This document shows positions 1 to 9,644 of a stretch of 64,000 nucleotides of DNA, one piece after another. The stretch is taken from assembly GCA_964633905.1 (NCBI GenBank), contig CAZWIT010000003.1, forward strand, positions 3,193 through 67,192, written 5' to 3'. This DNA is from an uncultured Gammaproteobacteria bacterium (GTDB taxonomy: Bacteria; Patescibacteriota; Patescibacteriia; UBA1558; GWA2-36-10). Within the stretch, counting starts at the first letter, position 1, and every line of letters begins with the position of its first letter. The position numbers were made by a program, and so were the translations under genes. The notes below the pieces were generated by a model, which searched no databases, was not told the DNA's origin, and saw nothing but the letters and a program-made list of their open reading frames with translations.

Positions 1-1902
1 AATGAAAATGAAACAAGCACTCTTAAGGTAAAAATAGAAAAAATAAGTAGCTACCGCTCTTGGCGAAAAAAGATATTAATTACAGAAGCTAAAATCAGCG
101 ATGAAACAGGAACAGCCCAGGTTCTTTGGTTTAACCAAAAATTTATTAGCCAAATATTAAAAGTTGGTGACGAAATATTTTTAAGTGGCAACTTTACTTT
201 AAATAAAAAGACTTGGACTAGTTTAAGTCCTACTTATGAAAAAATAAAAGAACACACTATCCACACTGCTCGCCTAGTCCCTTTATACCACTTAAGTGGA
301 AAAATAAGCCAAAAACAAATTCGGTTTTTAATAGACAGAGCCCTAAAAATCAGTAGCTCAATTGACGATCCTTTGCCCGTTGATATTTTAAATAAAGAAA
401 AATATCCTTGGTTATTTACAGCTTTACAAGAAATACACTTCCCTACTGCTAGTGAAAAATTAGACCAAGCTGTGGCTCGTTTAAAATTTCAAGAGCTATT
501 TTACCTACAATGCAAATATCAATTAGCAAAACTTGATTATCAAAACAAGACTAGCCAAAAAGTACTCATTCCTGCCAAAATCTTAAACGAACAAATAAAA
601 GAATTACCATTTAAATTAACAGTTGACCAAAAAACTGCTCTTGATGATATTTTGACTGACTTGAATAAAACTAAAGCTATGAATCGTCTTTTGGAGGGCG
701 ACGTTGGCTCTGGTAAAACAATTGTTGCAATTCTGGCAGCTCTGGCAGTTATTACTAGCGGACAGCAAGTAGCTTTTATGGCCCCGACTGAAATTTTGGC
801 TTACCAGCACTTTATTAATTGCAAAAAAATATTAGGTAAAAAATACCTAGATCAAATTGCCCTATTAACTAATAATTATAATCAAGTAGCTGATAATAAT
901 ATTCTAAAAACTGAATTGACTAAACAAATTAATAAAAATAAAATAAAACTAGTAATTGGCACTCATGCCTTGATACAAGATAAAATAAATTTTGCTAATT
1001 TAAATTTAGTAATAATCGATGAACAACATCGTTTTGGAGTAAGGCAACGCCAAACTTTAAAAGAAAAAAATCCAAATAAACCACCGCACTTACTATCAAT
1101 GACCGCTACGCCTATCCCTAGAACCCTCTCTTTGACTCTTTATGGCGATTTGGATATTTCTTTAATAAAAACAAAGCCCGCTGGTAGGCAAGAAATAAAA
1201 ACCTTTATTATTCCGGAAAGCAAAAGAGCCGACGCTTATAAATTTATTAGGGAAAAAGTTGCCTTAAAACAACAAGTATTTTTTATTTGCCCCTTAATTG
1301 ACGAAAGTGATATTCTAGCCGTAAAATCGGTCAGCCAAGAATACCAAAAATTAAACGAAGAAATATTTCCAGAATTAGAAATCCGATATCTGCATGGCAA
1401 AATGAAAAATAGCGAAAAAGAAAAAATCATGAATGATTTTAAGACTAACAAATTTCCTATCCTAGTTGCTACTTCGGTAATTGAGGTTGGCGTTGATATT
1501 CCTCAAGCCACTGTTATGGTTATTGAAAGCGCTGAAAGATTTGGTCTTTCCCAACTACACCAATTTAGGGGCCGAATTGGTCGTAATGCTTTAGAGAGTT
1601 TTTGTTTATTATTTACTACTGACAAAACCCATGACAATATTAAACGCCTTAAAGCCTTAACTAAAACTAACGACGGCTTCAAATTAGCAGAACTTGATCT
1701 AGAATTAAGAGGAGCTGGCGAAATGTTTGGCACTCGCCAAACTGGCTTAATGGAGTTAAAAATAGCTAAATTATCTGATGTCGAACTAATCAAAAAAGCC
1801 CATACTTGGGCTAAAGAAATTATCAACAATAAAAAATATTTATCTAATATTGAGCTGCAAGCCTTATTAAAAAAACTAAAAACTGAAATGCATTTAGAAT
1901 AA
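1..1902 (+). CDS. recG: ATP-dependent DNA helicase RecG (5' partial). The reading frame is open from nt 1; the annotated Met at 373 is internal.
   Basis: Frame-1 translation is open from position 1 (NENETSTLKVKIEK...), giving the wedge/OB region. Walker A GDVGSGKT, DEQHRFG box and the helicase C-terminal motif QFRGRIGR are present. Confidence 0.85.
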   Translation, partial: NENETSTLKVKIEKISSYRSWRKKILITEAKISDETGTAQVLWFNQKFISQILKVGDEIFLSGNFTLNKKTWTSLSPTYEKIKEHTIHTARLVPLYHLSGKISQKQIRFLIDRALKISSSIDDPLPVDILNKEKYPWLFTALQEIHFPTASEKLDQAVARLKFQELFYLQCKYQLAKLDYQNKTSQKVLIPAKILNEQIKELPFKLTVDQKTALDDILTDLNKTKAMNRLLEGDVGSGKTIVAILAALAVITSGQQVAFMAPTEILAYQHFINCKKILGKKYLDQIALLTNNYNQVADNNILKTELTKQINKNKIKLVIGTHALIQDKINFANLNLVIIDEQHRFGVRQRQTLKEKNPNKPPHLLSMTATPIPRTLSLTLYGDLDISLIKTKPAGRQEIKTFIIPESKRADAYKFIREKVALKQQVFFICPLIDESDILAVKSVSQEYQKLNEEIFPELEIRYLHGKMKNSEKEKIMNDFKTNKFPILVATSVIEVGVDIPQATVMVIESAERFGLSQLHQFRGRIGRNALESFCLLFTTDKTHDNIKRLKALTKTNDGFKLAELDLELRGAGEMFGTRQTGLMELKIAKLSDVELIKKAHTWAKEIINNKKYLSNIELQALLKKLKTEMHLE

Positions 1903-1904
1903 GT

Positions 1905-2981
1905 TTAGTTTGGTTTGCAAACAACACCTTCTTCATTACGAGGACGGCAATAATCATAACGACCATCTCTAATTGAGCAACAATAGAAATCTCCAATTGC
2001 ATTACCGGCTGCACAGTCTAAATTAGTAACACAAGGAACATCAGTTATTTTTTTACAATCTTTAGATTCATAAGGATTATTGATTTCTATTGATTTTAAA
2101 CTAATGCCACAAATAGCACTAAAAGTTTGTCCGCTTAAAGTTTGCCTACCATAACAAATATTAGAGCGACAAGAATCGGCCGTTGCATAAGAGGCACAAC
2201 CATCATTATCATGATTCATACTAACATAAACTGATTTACAATAATCTTCAAGATTTTGCAAAAACAAAGGTCGACATTGGGTATCTTGTCCTAATACCCT
2301 AGTTTCTCGGCAGCTACAACTAGGCTCGATCGAAGAAACACCGTCATAACTACTACCATTGTCAGAACAAGCTGCTACTAAATATTCAACCTGATTAGCT
2401 GGACAACGCTCATAACCTTCGCTAGTAAAATAAATTTCATGAGCACAACCATAACCACTACTACAATCGCTATCTACTCTGCAAACATTTAAATCTTTGA
2501 CATCTATTTTGTCCATAATTTCAGTCAATGGCTTGAAGGTTACTAAATTTACGGAAATTTGAGCTAAAAGTAAATAACCACCAAATAAAAAAGCTAAACC
2601 AATCAAGGTGGTACTAACCGTTTCTTTGGCCATAGCGATCTTTGAAGCATTACCAGCTGCCATCAACCATTGCCAAGCGCCATAAACCAACATAAACATT
2701 GCAAAAGCGCCGGCAATGACACCAGCATAACGATAAATAGCCTTAATATACAAAGCCAAAGAATCCGGCCTAATTTCTATGACCCCATTTTTCACAAACT
2801 GACTGCCAGGTATACTAATATTTGGTCTATACTTGATATAATCTATAGCTAAAGCCGAGCTAGCACTGAGCGTAAAAATACCTAAACATAATAAAAATAA
2901 GATTAGATATTTTTTAGATTTTAAAATATTTTTTATTTTCATAAAATTGATTATGGGCCAGTATAGTAAAAATGCCACCAT
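1905..2981 (-). CDS. Membrane protein with a VirB2/TrbC-like two-helix hydrophobic hairpin and a Cys-rich C-terminal ectodomain (paralog A)
   Basis: N-terminal signal/TM segment. Core AGVIAGAFAMFMLVYGAWQWLMAAGNASKIAMAKETVSTTLIGLAFLFGGYLLLAQI is two TM helices joined by a short polar loop, as in conjugative pilins. More than 25 Cys follow in the last ~200 aa. The core is identical to the neighbouring paralog. Confidence 0.45.
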   Translation of the reverse strand: MVAFLLYWPIINFMKIKNILKSKKYLILFLLCLGIFTLSASSALAIDYIKYRPNISIPGSQFVKNGVIEIRPDSLALYIKAIYRYAGVIAGAFAMFMLVYGAWQWLMAAGNASKIAMAKETVSTTLIGLAFLFGGYLLLAQISVNLVTFKPLTEIMDKIDVKDLNVCRVDSDCSSGYGCAHEIYFTSEGYERCPANQVEYLVAACSDNGSSYDGVSSIEPSCSCRETRVLGQDTQCRPLFLQNLEDYCKSVYVSMNHDNDGCASYATADSCRSNICYGRQTLSGQTFSAICGISLKSIEINNPYESKDCKKITDVPCVTNLDCAAGNAIGDFYCCSIRDGRYDYCRPRNEEGVVCKPN

Positions 2982-4171
2982 TCAGAGGGAATGGTGCCGC
3001 CAAAACCAGTATCAGCCATTTTTTGACGTAAAAGTTTTTCGCCTCTGATCAATTTAGCAGTACAAGGGGCAACGGGGCGGTTGACATCCTGATTAAGGCA
3101 ATTGTAAGACTTATCTAAACAAGATCCGCCGTTACAACTGCAAGTATCAATGCCCTCAACAGTATTAATATAACATACATCTACCGCCTTACCATCCATA
3201 TGCTTTGGAATAGGTGGCTCACAGCTAGGAGCAGCTGCTTCATTACATTCTCCATTACAACTAGCTGTACAATTCTTATAGCAATTGTATAACTGTTCTT
3301 GTTTGGCATAGCTACGAAAAGCGCTTTTGATAATTATACTTTCTCCTTGTCCTAATTGTATTCCCTGTAGAGCCTGCCAAGCTTTAGGCACTAAACGTGC
3401 ATCCGAAGTGGAAACACGATCAATAATAATATTACCTCCAATTACTACCATATTTACTAAACCATTACCATCTTCTAGAGCACAACGTTTACTACTAGTA
3501 GCACTTGGTAAAGGCACGCAAGAACCACTAGCTGGTTGGTCAGCACTTTCAGCAATTGCTAACCAAGTGCAATAATTGTCTTCACAAATTTCTTTACTAG
3601 TAAAAGCACTACAATCTTCAGCAATAGAAACATCTTTGACTTGCAAAGCCTTAAAATTTACTAAATTAGAAGAAATTTGAGCTAAGAGCAAATAACTGCC
3701 AAATAAAAAAGCTAAACCAATCAAGGTGGTACTAACCGTTTCTTTGGCCATAGCGATCTTTGAAGCATTACCAGCTGCCATCAACCATTGCCAAGCGCCA
3801 TAAACCAACATAAACATTGCAAAAGCGCCGGCAATGACACCAGCATAGTTATAAATCGCTCTTATGTATTTAGCCAAAGACTCACCATTAATTCTATACT
3901 CAATATGTTTTTCGCCTGTTTTTTTATTTTCTACTTCTACTTTTTCAGTAAAAATTTTATCCATGCCTGGGATAAAAATATTTGGCCAAAAATATAAAGA
4001 ATCTTTTTGCTTGGCCTGCAGTTCTTCGGCTGTCGGCGTGTCTACTAGCGTACTGCCAGGCTCAGCTGGAACAAATCCTTGCGCTAAAACTTTTGGTAAA
4101 GCAAAAATAAAATTAATACCTAATATTATTAGCACTAAAAAACTAAGTATTATTTTTTTAATAAAAAACAT
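2951..4171 (-). CDS. Membrane protein with a VirB2/TrbC-like helical hairpin and a divergent Cys-rich C-terminal ectodomain (paralog B)
   Basis: Same core helical hairpin as 1905-2981, with a perfectly identical 147-bp nt stretch. The N-terminal region and the Cys-rich C-terminus differ. Confidence 0.45.
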   Translation of the reverse strand: MFFIKKIILSFLVLIILGINFIFALPKVLAQGFVPAEPGSTLVDTPTAEELQAKQKDSLYFWPNIFIPGMDKIFTEKVEVENKKTGEKHIEYRINGESLAKYIRAIYNYAGVIAGAFAMFMLVYGAWQWLMAAGNASKIAMAKETVSTTLIGLAFLFGSYLLLAQISSNLVNFKALQVKDVSIAEDCSAFTSKEICEDNYCTWLAIAESADQPASGSCVPLPSATSSKRCALEDGNGLVNMVVIGGNIIIDRVSTSDARLVPKAWQALQGIQLGQGESIIIKSAFRSYAKQEQLYNCYKNCTASCNGECNEAAAPSCEPPIPKHMDGKAVDVCYINTVEGIDTCSCNGGSCLDKSYNCLNQDVNRPVAPCTAKLIRGEKLLRQKMADTGFGGTIPSEWWHFYYTGP

Positions 4172-4182
4172 TTATAAATATT

Positions 4183-5403
4183 TTATTTTAAACGGATGGT
4201 TTGTAAACGCCCCGTATTATTATCCACGAAATATAATAAAGAACCGTCTGTCGAAGTAAATAAATTACTAGCCGAATAGCTACCATCTGCTCCCACTGGG
4301 CTTGCTAACAATGTTTTGACACCGCTATTTAGATCTACCCGATAAAAATTATCTGGATATTGATAAGCAATTTCTGGATAAATTCCCGCTCCTCTTGGCA
4401 AGCCTTGCGGCACAGCACAATACAAAGTGCTCTCGTCTGCAAAAGTACATTTATCTGGCCAAGTAGGCACATTTAAAGAAACCTTAAGATCTCCCAATTC
4501 ACTAGTACGGCCCTTGGTAATCCATAAATTAGGATTATAATTAGTATTTTCACTATAAACACTATAAAGCAAACTATTGCCTTGAGGCGACCACTGGGCT
4601 GTGAAACCGCCACCAGCTACTTCAAATGATTTTAGATTTTCTCCTTTAAATCCAATCGGAAAAACCTCCTGCCTTTGAGCATCTACATATTTAGTATGTA
4701 GAGCTGCCACTTGATTATCTGGAGAAAAAACCATTTGGGTACTATATGACTTATCCCCCAATGGTTCAAGTAAAGATAATTGTGAGCCGTCATCGTTGGC
4801 TGCTACTAACCAATTATTATCCTCTGTATCACCCATCCATTTAGCAACGATTTGCGACCCTTGATTATTTAAAGAAAAATCTTCTAATTCAATAGGCAAG
4901 GTTACTTGCTCGTTAGTACGAAAATTATACAAAATATTATTGCCGTCTGGATATTCAATAATAGCTTTTTCACCGCTATTATTCCAATTTACATTTTCTA
5001 CTCCATAAAATTTCTTATCACTCAAAGCCACAATCTGACCTTGATCATTAATTCTAAAAAACTGCTGCTTCTCAGCATCATAAAATTGTACACCTTGATT
5101 ACCTTTGGTAGTGCCTTCTACTTTACCATCAATAACTTTAGTAACTTCTGTTAAGCCACCATTAGCTACTGGTGATATTTTACCGCCAACATACTGTTGC
5201 CAAGGCAAACTAGTATTAGTGTTGGCATTAGCATTAATAACTGTAACGTTGCTATTTGGTATGTTGGGAATATTACCAGGCGTAAAATTATCATTAGTAG
5301 TTGTAATAGGACTTGTTCTAAAAAATACCCAATACAAAGCAAAACCTAAAAATAAAATTGCTAGAAAAAATAAAATTACTACTAATATTTTTTTGATGTT
5401 CAT
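4183..5403 (-). CDS. N-terminally membrane-anchored beta-propeller protein (TolB/PD40-like repeats)
   Basis: N-terminal TM helix, then repeated PD40-like motifs (YPDGNNILY, FSPDNQVAAL, WSPQGNSLLY, TDGSLLYFV). Confidence 0.45.
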   Translation of the reverse strand: MNIKKILVVILFFLAILFLGFALYWVFFRTSPITTTNDNFTPGNIPNIPNSNVTVINANANTNTSLPWQQYVGGKISPVANGGLTEVTKVIDGKVEGTTKGNQGVQFYDAEKQQFFRINDQGQIVALSDKKFYGVENVNWNNSGEKAIIEYPDGNNILYNFRTNEQVTLPIELEDFSLNNQGSQIVAKWMGDTEDNNWLVAANDDGSQLSLLEPLGDKSYSTQMVFSPDNQVAALHTKYVDAQRQEVFPIGFKGENLKSFEVAGGGFTAQWSPQGNSLLYSVYSENTNYNPNLWITKGRTSELGDLKVSLNVPTWPDKCTFADESTLYCAVPQGLPRGAGIYPEIAYQYPDNFYRVDLNSGVKTLLASPVGADGSYSASNLFTSTDGSLLYFVDNNTGRLQTIRLK

Positions 5404-5450
5404 AAACCCATATTACTTAAAATTTGATAATAAATTCTGAAATCAATTTG

Positions 5451-5996
5451 TTAATCTGGCAATAAATTCTTAAACCAATTTGTGAAAGTATCCCATATCT
5501 CCTGAACCAGAAATGAAGGGTCGGTTAACATTCTTATGCCCAATCCTAAAATAGCAATAATGATAATAATCAAAGCAAAAAGTAGAAGACTAACAATAGC
5601 CCAAAGTCCCATTTCTAAACCACTCAATTTTGGTATCAAAGGATTGCCTAATAAATTACCAACTATTATTTGAATAGTCCAAGTAATATAAGTAACTATT
5701 AATAATACCAAAGTGGCACTACAAGCTATATTAAAAATACGCAAAGAGCTTTTAGCAGCAAACTCCCTAACCCTTTTCTCCACCTCCTCTTTTACTTGCT
5801 TCTTCATCTTTTCCTGCAACATATCTGAACTATCACTTTGACGGAAGCGATCTAACAAACGCTTGCGATACTGTTCGTTCTGATTTTGCTTATCTAACTC
5901 AACTGGATCAAAAGATTCTGCTGGCGCTTGATAATTAGCCCCTGTTCTATCAGCAAATAACTCTCTACGATATTGATTTGGTAAGGTTTGTGCCAT
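5451..5996 (-). CDS. Small membrane protein: charged N-terminus and two or three C-terminal TM helices (T4SS-locus component)
   Basis: Hydrophobic helices LVLLIVTYITWTIQIIVGNL and LWAIVSLLLFALIIIIIAILGLGI. Located inside the T4SS-like gene block. Confidence 0.3.
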   Translation of the reverse strand: MAQTLPNQYRRELFADRTGANYQAPAESFDPVELDKQNQNEQYRKRLLDRFRQSDSSDMLQEKMKKQVKEEVEKRVREFAAKSSLRIFNIACSATLVLLIVTYITWTIQIIVGNLLGNPLIPKLSGLEMGLWAIVSLLLFALIIIIIAILGLGIRMLTDPSFLVQEIWDTFTNWFKNLLPD

Positions 5997-5998
5997 GT

Positions 5999-6559
5999 TT
6001 ATTTTTTATCCTGCCACCAAGCAGCATCAACTAGCCACTTGCCATTTGACTTTATTAAATCAAACTTAATATCTTGATAATATACTACTTGGGATAAATC
6101 AGTTTTAGTTTCAATTCTCTGAGTTTTGACAGTAATCACAGCACTATCTTCTGACCACTCATCAATAACACTAGAAATACTTTTCGTGCTAATACCATTA
6201 TAATTAGGCTGTTTTTCTCCTAGCTCAATACTACTCAAATATTTATTCATACTTTTAGTGCCCAAAGGAGCTAGTTCCTTCAAATTAACGCCTAGCTGAT
6301 CAGTGGACCAACTGCCAAATCTTTCTGCATAATTTTTGGCTAAATTAACGGCTGATAATTCATCGCTATTTAGAGCAGCCGGTAAATTTGGATCAAAATC
6401 AGCGTTGGCGCTAGGCGGAATAAATTTTGGCACTTCATTAGTATTGGTATTATTGATAGGTCTAAAAACATCCATTGAACGCCAAGCCCAAAATAGAAGT
6501 GCTAAAACCACTATAATGATAACTGCGATAATAATTTTCTTTCTTTTTTGTTGATCCAT
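5999..6559 (-). CDS. N-terminally anchored extracytoplasmic protein, possibly a VirB8-like (NTF2-fold) component
   Basis: A single N-terminal TM helix (IIIAVIIIVVLALLFWAW) and a ~150-aa soluble domain. The position just downstream of VirB4 matches where VirB8-like genes sit. The fold assignment is a guess. Confidence 0.25.
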   Translation of the reverse strand: MDQQKRKKIIIAVIIIVVLALLFWAWRSMDVFRPINNTNTNEVPKFIPPSANADFDPNLPAALNSDELSAVNLAKNYAERFGSWSTDQLGVNLKELAPLGTKSMNKYLSSIELGEKQPNYNGISTKSISSVIDEWSEDSAVITVKTQRIETKTDLSQVVYYQDIKFDLIKSNGKWLVDAAWWQDKK

Positions 6560-6581
6560 ATATTTTTATTATTTCCTTATT

Positions 6582-8501
6582 TTAAGCATGTTCGGCTTCA
6601 GCCATCATAGTTTCTTCAAATTCTTTTTTAGCCTCTTCAATCTCAAGCAACTGTCTCGGATCAGAAGTAATTACCTGATGTTCTGTATAAGAAGCTTGAA
6701 TTTTTATAGCCGCATGTTTAGCCCCAGCAAAAAAGATACCCTCACCCACACCAGATTCTAACAATAAATATTTTTCACCTTCGGTTAACATGAAGGTTTT
6801 TTGAATCAAATTAATAGCTGCTGGCGACTGTTTGAGTAACAATTGCATTGAAGAATTGGTAACAATAGCATTACCAAAAGGCGAAGTTAAAAAGTCATTA
6901 ACATCCTGAGTAATAGTCGTTACTCCTAAATAATATTTACGGCAACGTTTAACTAGTGCAAACATGAATTTAGCACTATCTTCATGACGCATCATAATCC
7001 AAGCCTCATCTACTACCAACATTCTCTTCTTCATTTCGCTACGAATAATATTCCAGATATAATTCATAATGACATACATAGCAATTGGACGTAATTCATC
7101 TTCTAAATCGCGAATACAAAATACTATCAACTGATTATTAACCTTAACGTTGGTGGGACTGTTAAACAAACCTGAAAAAGTACCTTGCGTATATTTTTTA
7201 ATACGCAAAGCCATGTCCTCACCACCTTCCATACTAGATAATATTTCTTCTAAATCAGACATCAAGGGTGGCTGAATATTAGTCAAATCACTGGCTGGAG
7301 TAATATCTTTTTTAGCATAAGTTTCGAGTAGCGCTCGATCAAGCAATGAATCTTCAACATTAGTAATGTCTCCAATCATCAAACGAATCAAACCCTTTAA
7401 AGTAATCACGGCGCTACGCAAAATATCCTCTGCTTTTGTATCCCCTCCCACTCCCCTAGGCAAATCAAAAGGATTAAGTTTACTTTCCGAATTTAAAGAA
7501 ACATTAATATAAGCGCCATTTACTGCCTCTGACAAATGTTGATACTCATTTTCTGGGTCAACAATAATTACATCAGTACCCAACATCAGAGAGCGTAATA
7601 CTTCGAGTTTTATAGCATAACTTTTACCAGCGCCAGAAGTAGCAAATACTACCATATTGGCATTTTGCAAACTAAAACGATCAAACAAAATTAAACTATT
7701 ATTGTGGCGATTAATACCATACAAAATACCATCATCAGAAGTAAGTTCTGAAGATACAAAAGGAAAAGAAGAAGCAATCGGTGAGCTGTTCATGTTAGTG
7801 GTAATAGCCAGCTCATCATTACCTAATGGCAAAGTTGAATTAAAGCCTTGCTCCGACTGGAAAAAAGCTCTTCGTGTATAGATCAATTGTGTGCCTAAAA
7901 TATTTTCAATTCTATCAGATGCTAAGTCCAGCTCTTTTAAATCTTTGGCGTAAATAGAAACATACAAAGCAAATTGGAAAAATTTTTCCGTACCTTGACT
8001 CAAAGAGTCACGCAAAGCTTCAATATCCCTTAGGGCAGTTTCAGCAATTGGATCACGAGGAGCTCCTTTTTCATGATCAGCAATAATCTGAGCTTCCATG
8101 GTACCGACTTTATTACGCAACTGTTTTAAGACAATATTAATAGCTAAAGGATAAAAAAACATACTAATATCCAAAGTCAGACTCTCATTGATGATTGGAG
8201 CAAACCAGCCAATAGTAACATAACGTGGATAAGTCACCACAAAAATAGTACGAACATATAAATCGTTAAGTTGTAAACATTTACTTTCTACTTTAAAAGC
8301 AGCCGGAGCAATAATATCACGAACCGAAACTATGCCCTCTCGAAAAACTTTTTCAGCTTCCAATAATTCTTTTTCTTTTTCTAACTTTGCTTTTTGGTCT
8401 GGTTGACCCTTTAAAGCAGCCATCTGCTCTTCGACTTCAGCAGCTGATTTTTTTTCTAAGCTAGCCTGTTTTATTTTATTGGCTTCAAACATTGGTTTCA
8501 A
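6582..8501 (-). CDS. virB4: Type IV secretion ATPase VirB4/TrbE family (C-terminal 639-aa portion, ATPase core)
   Basis: Walker A in VVFATSGAGKSYAIK, Walker B in LVVDEAWIM, and the overall VirB4/CagE arrangement. Overlaps the upstream N-domain ORF by 17 nt. Confidence 0.75.
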   Translation of the reverse strand: MKPMFEANKIKQASLEKKSAAEVEEQMAALKGQPDQKAKLEKEKELLEAEKVFREGIVSVRDIIAPAAFKVESKCLQLNDLYVRTIFVVTYPRYVTIGWFAPIINESLTLDISMFFYPLAINIVLKQLRNKVGTMEAQIIADHEKGAPRDPIAETALRDIEALRDSLSQGTEKFFQFALYVSIYAKDLKELDLASDRIENILGTQLIYTRRAFFQSEQGFNSTLPLGNDELAITTNMNSSPIASSFPFVSSELTSDDGILYGINRHNNSLILFDRFSLQNANMVVFATSGAGKSYAIKLEVLRSLMLGTDVIIVDPENEYQHLSEAVNGAYINVSLNSESKLNPFDLPRGVGGDTKAEDILRSAVITLKGLIRLMIGDITNVEDSLLDRALLETYAKKDITPASDLTNIQPPLMSDLEEILSSMEGGEDMALRIKKYTQGTFSGLFNSPTNVKVNNQLIVFCIRDLEDELRPIAMYVIMNYIWNIIRSEMKKRMLVVDEAWIMMRHEDSAKFMFALVKRCRKYYLGVTTITQDVNDFLTSPFGNAIVTNSSMQLLLKQSPAAINLIQKTFMLTEGEKYLLLESGVGEGIFFAGAKHAAIKIQASYTEHQVITSDPRQLLEIEEAKKEFEETMMAEAEHA

Positions 8502-9171
8502 CGTTTAGTTTATTTATGTCCTCTAGCGGTTGTTTTTGAAACATACTAGGATTATAACTATTGTAATATAATTCGATTAGAGCTTGCGTATTCAAACGTT
8601 GGCTTCTTAAGCCCATTGAACTTAAGCCTGATTCAATAAAATCACAACGTTTATTCAACTGGGAGTTAAATTCTTCAAAACGTTTGCGGCTTAAACGCAC
8701 TACTTTAGCTGTAGAAAAAACAGCCCCAAAACGACTAGAAAATTTGCGGCCCTTATCAGCTATCGGGCTATAAGGAATAATAATATAAAACTTTTTACTC
8801 ATAATTTTTTCTAGAGTCAAAAGTTCTTCCACAAATTGCCTATAATCTGCCGTTTGCATGCGCAGCAACTCATTGGTTTGTTCTTTTTCCATCTTTCTGA
8901 GACGTTGAAAATAATCATCAATATTAAGAGGCCTAGACTGAATCATAATTTGCAAAGGATAGTCCAAGGTGTTTAAAAAACCTACATAACTACTAATGAT
9001 AGCCGCTTGTTCGTCTTCAGCTTTTAAATCAAAATTGATCGAAGAAACAAGTAGCACACCTCTGACTGAGCCATCATTTAAAACAACCATATCCTCTCTT
9101 ATTTCTGCGATATCCAAAAATCTCTGAGTAGAGGTATTGGGACGATTACCGGCTAATTTTTTATTACGCAT
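8485..9171 (-). CDS. VirB4 N-terminal domain as a separate ORF (or a frameshifted VirB4 5' part)
   Basis: FLDIAEIREDMVVLNDGSVRGVLLVSSINFDLKAEDEQAAIISSYVGFLNTLDYPLQIMIQS matches the conserved N-terminus of Gram-positive-type VirB4 proteins. The 17-nt out-of-frame overlap with the ATPase ORF is noted. Confidence 0.55.
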   Translation of the reverse strand: MRNKKLAGNRPNTSTQRFLDIAEIREDMVVLNDGSVRGVLLVSSINFDLKAEDEQAAIISSYVGFLNTLDYPLQIMIQSRPLNIDDYFQRLRKMEKEQTNELLRMQTADYRQFVEELLTLEKIMSKKFYIIIPYSPIADKGRKFSSRFGAVFSTAKVVRLSRKRFEEFNSQLNKRCDFIESGLSSMGLRSQRLNTQALIELYYNSYNPSMFQKQPLEDINKLNVETNV

Positions 9172-9173
9172 AT

Positions 9174-9641
9174 TTATTTTTTATTTATTGCAGAATTATT
9201 AATAATGTTGGCATCCATTTCACCCTTATAAACACCGCCGGTATCAATAATCAAAGACAACTCTGATAATTTTTTATTAGGCAATAAGCTTTTGTTTATA
9301 ATAGGCGCCTCCGCTACCACGCCTTCGCCTTTAATTTTAAATTCTTCTACTTTGATATATTCTTTACGCCAAATACGAATTTTAGGGCGCTTAATCGTTT
9401 GAATGACATTTAATAAAAATAAATGAAAATTCACTCCATTTATTTTCACAAAAGCAAAAACCACTACGAATAAAACAATTAAGCCTGTTTGCGTCAAAAA
9501 TAAAGCAAAATCAGAAAGCTTGTAACTTAGAGCAATGAGCAAACCACCTGATAAAACAATAATAAACTGTCGGACAGTAATTGGCCCCCAGATTTTATCT
9601 TCAGCATCAATAAATTGTGGTACGATAAATCTATTCTGCAT
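9174..9641 (-). CDS. VirB3/PrgI-like small membrane protein
   Basis: 155 aa with two N-terminal TM helices, immediately upstream of VirB4 as in Gram-positive conjugation loci. Confidence 0.45.
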   Translation of the reverse strand: MQNRFIVPQFIDAEDKIWGPITVRQFIIVLSGGLLIALSYKLSDFALFLTQTGLIVLFVVVFAFVKINGVNFHLFLLNVIQTIKRPKIRIWRKEYIKVEEFKIKGEGVVAEAPIINKSLLPNKKLSELSLIIDTGGVYKGEMDANIINNSAINKK

Positions 9642-9644
9642 TTT

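Noticed and set aside
616-1829. Minus-strand ORFs of 64, 71 and 108 aa inside recG
   Set aside because: They are antisense to a well-supported helicase gene, low-complexity, and have no signals.
1911-1920. The perfect 10-bp palindrome GTTTGCAAAC at the recG / pilin-like convergent junction, as a possible bidirectional terminator
   Set aside because: It lies inside the coding sequence of the minus-strand gene, with no adjacent T-tract and only a 2-bp intergenic gap. It is more likely coincidental.
2670-3997. The plus-strand ORFs 2670-2852 and 3788-3997, both starting MPSAINQHKHCKSAGNDTSI
   Set aside because: They lie antisense to the identical 147-bp core of the two pilin-like paralogs. The shared start is a by-product of that repeat, not a gene family.
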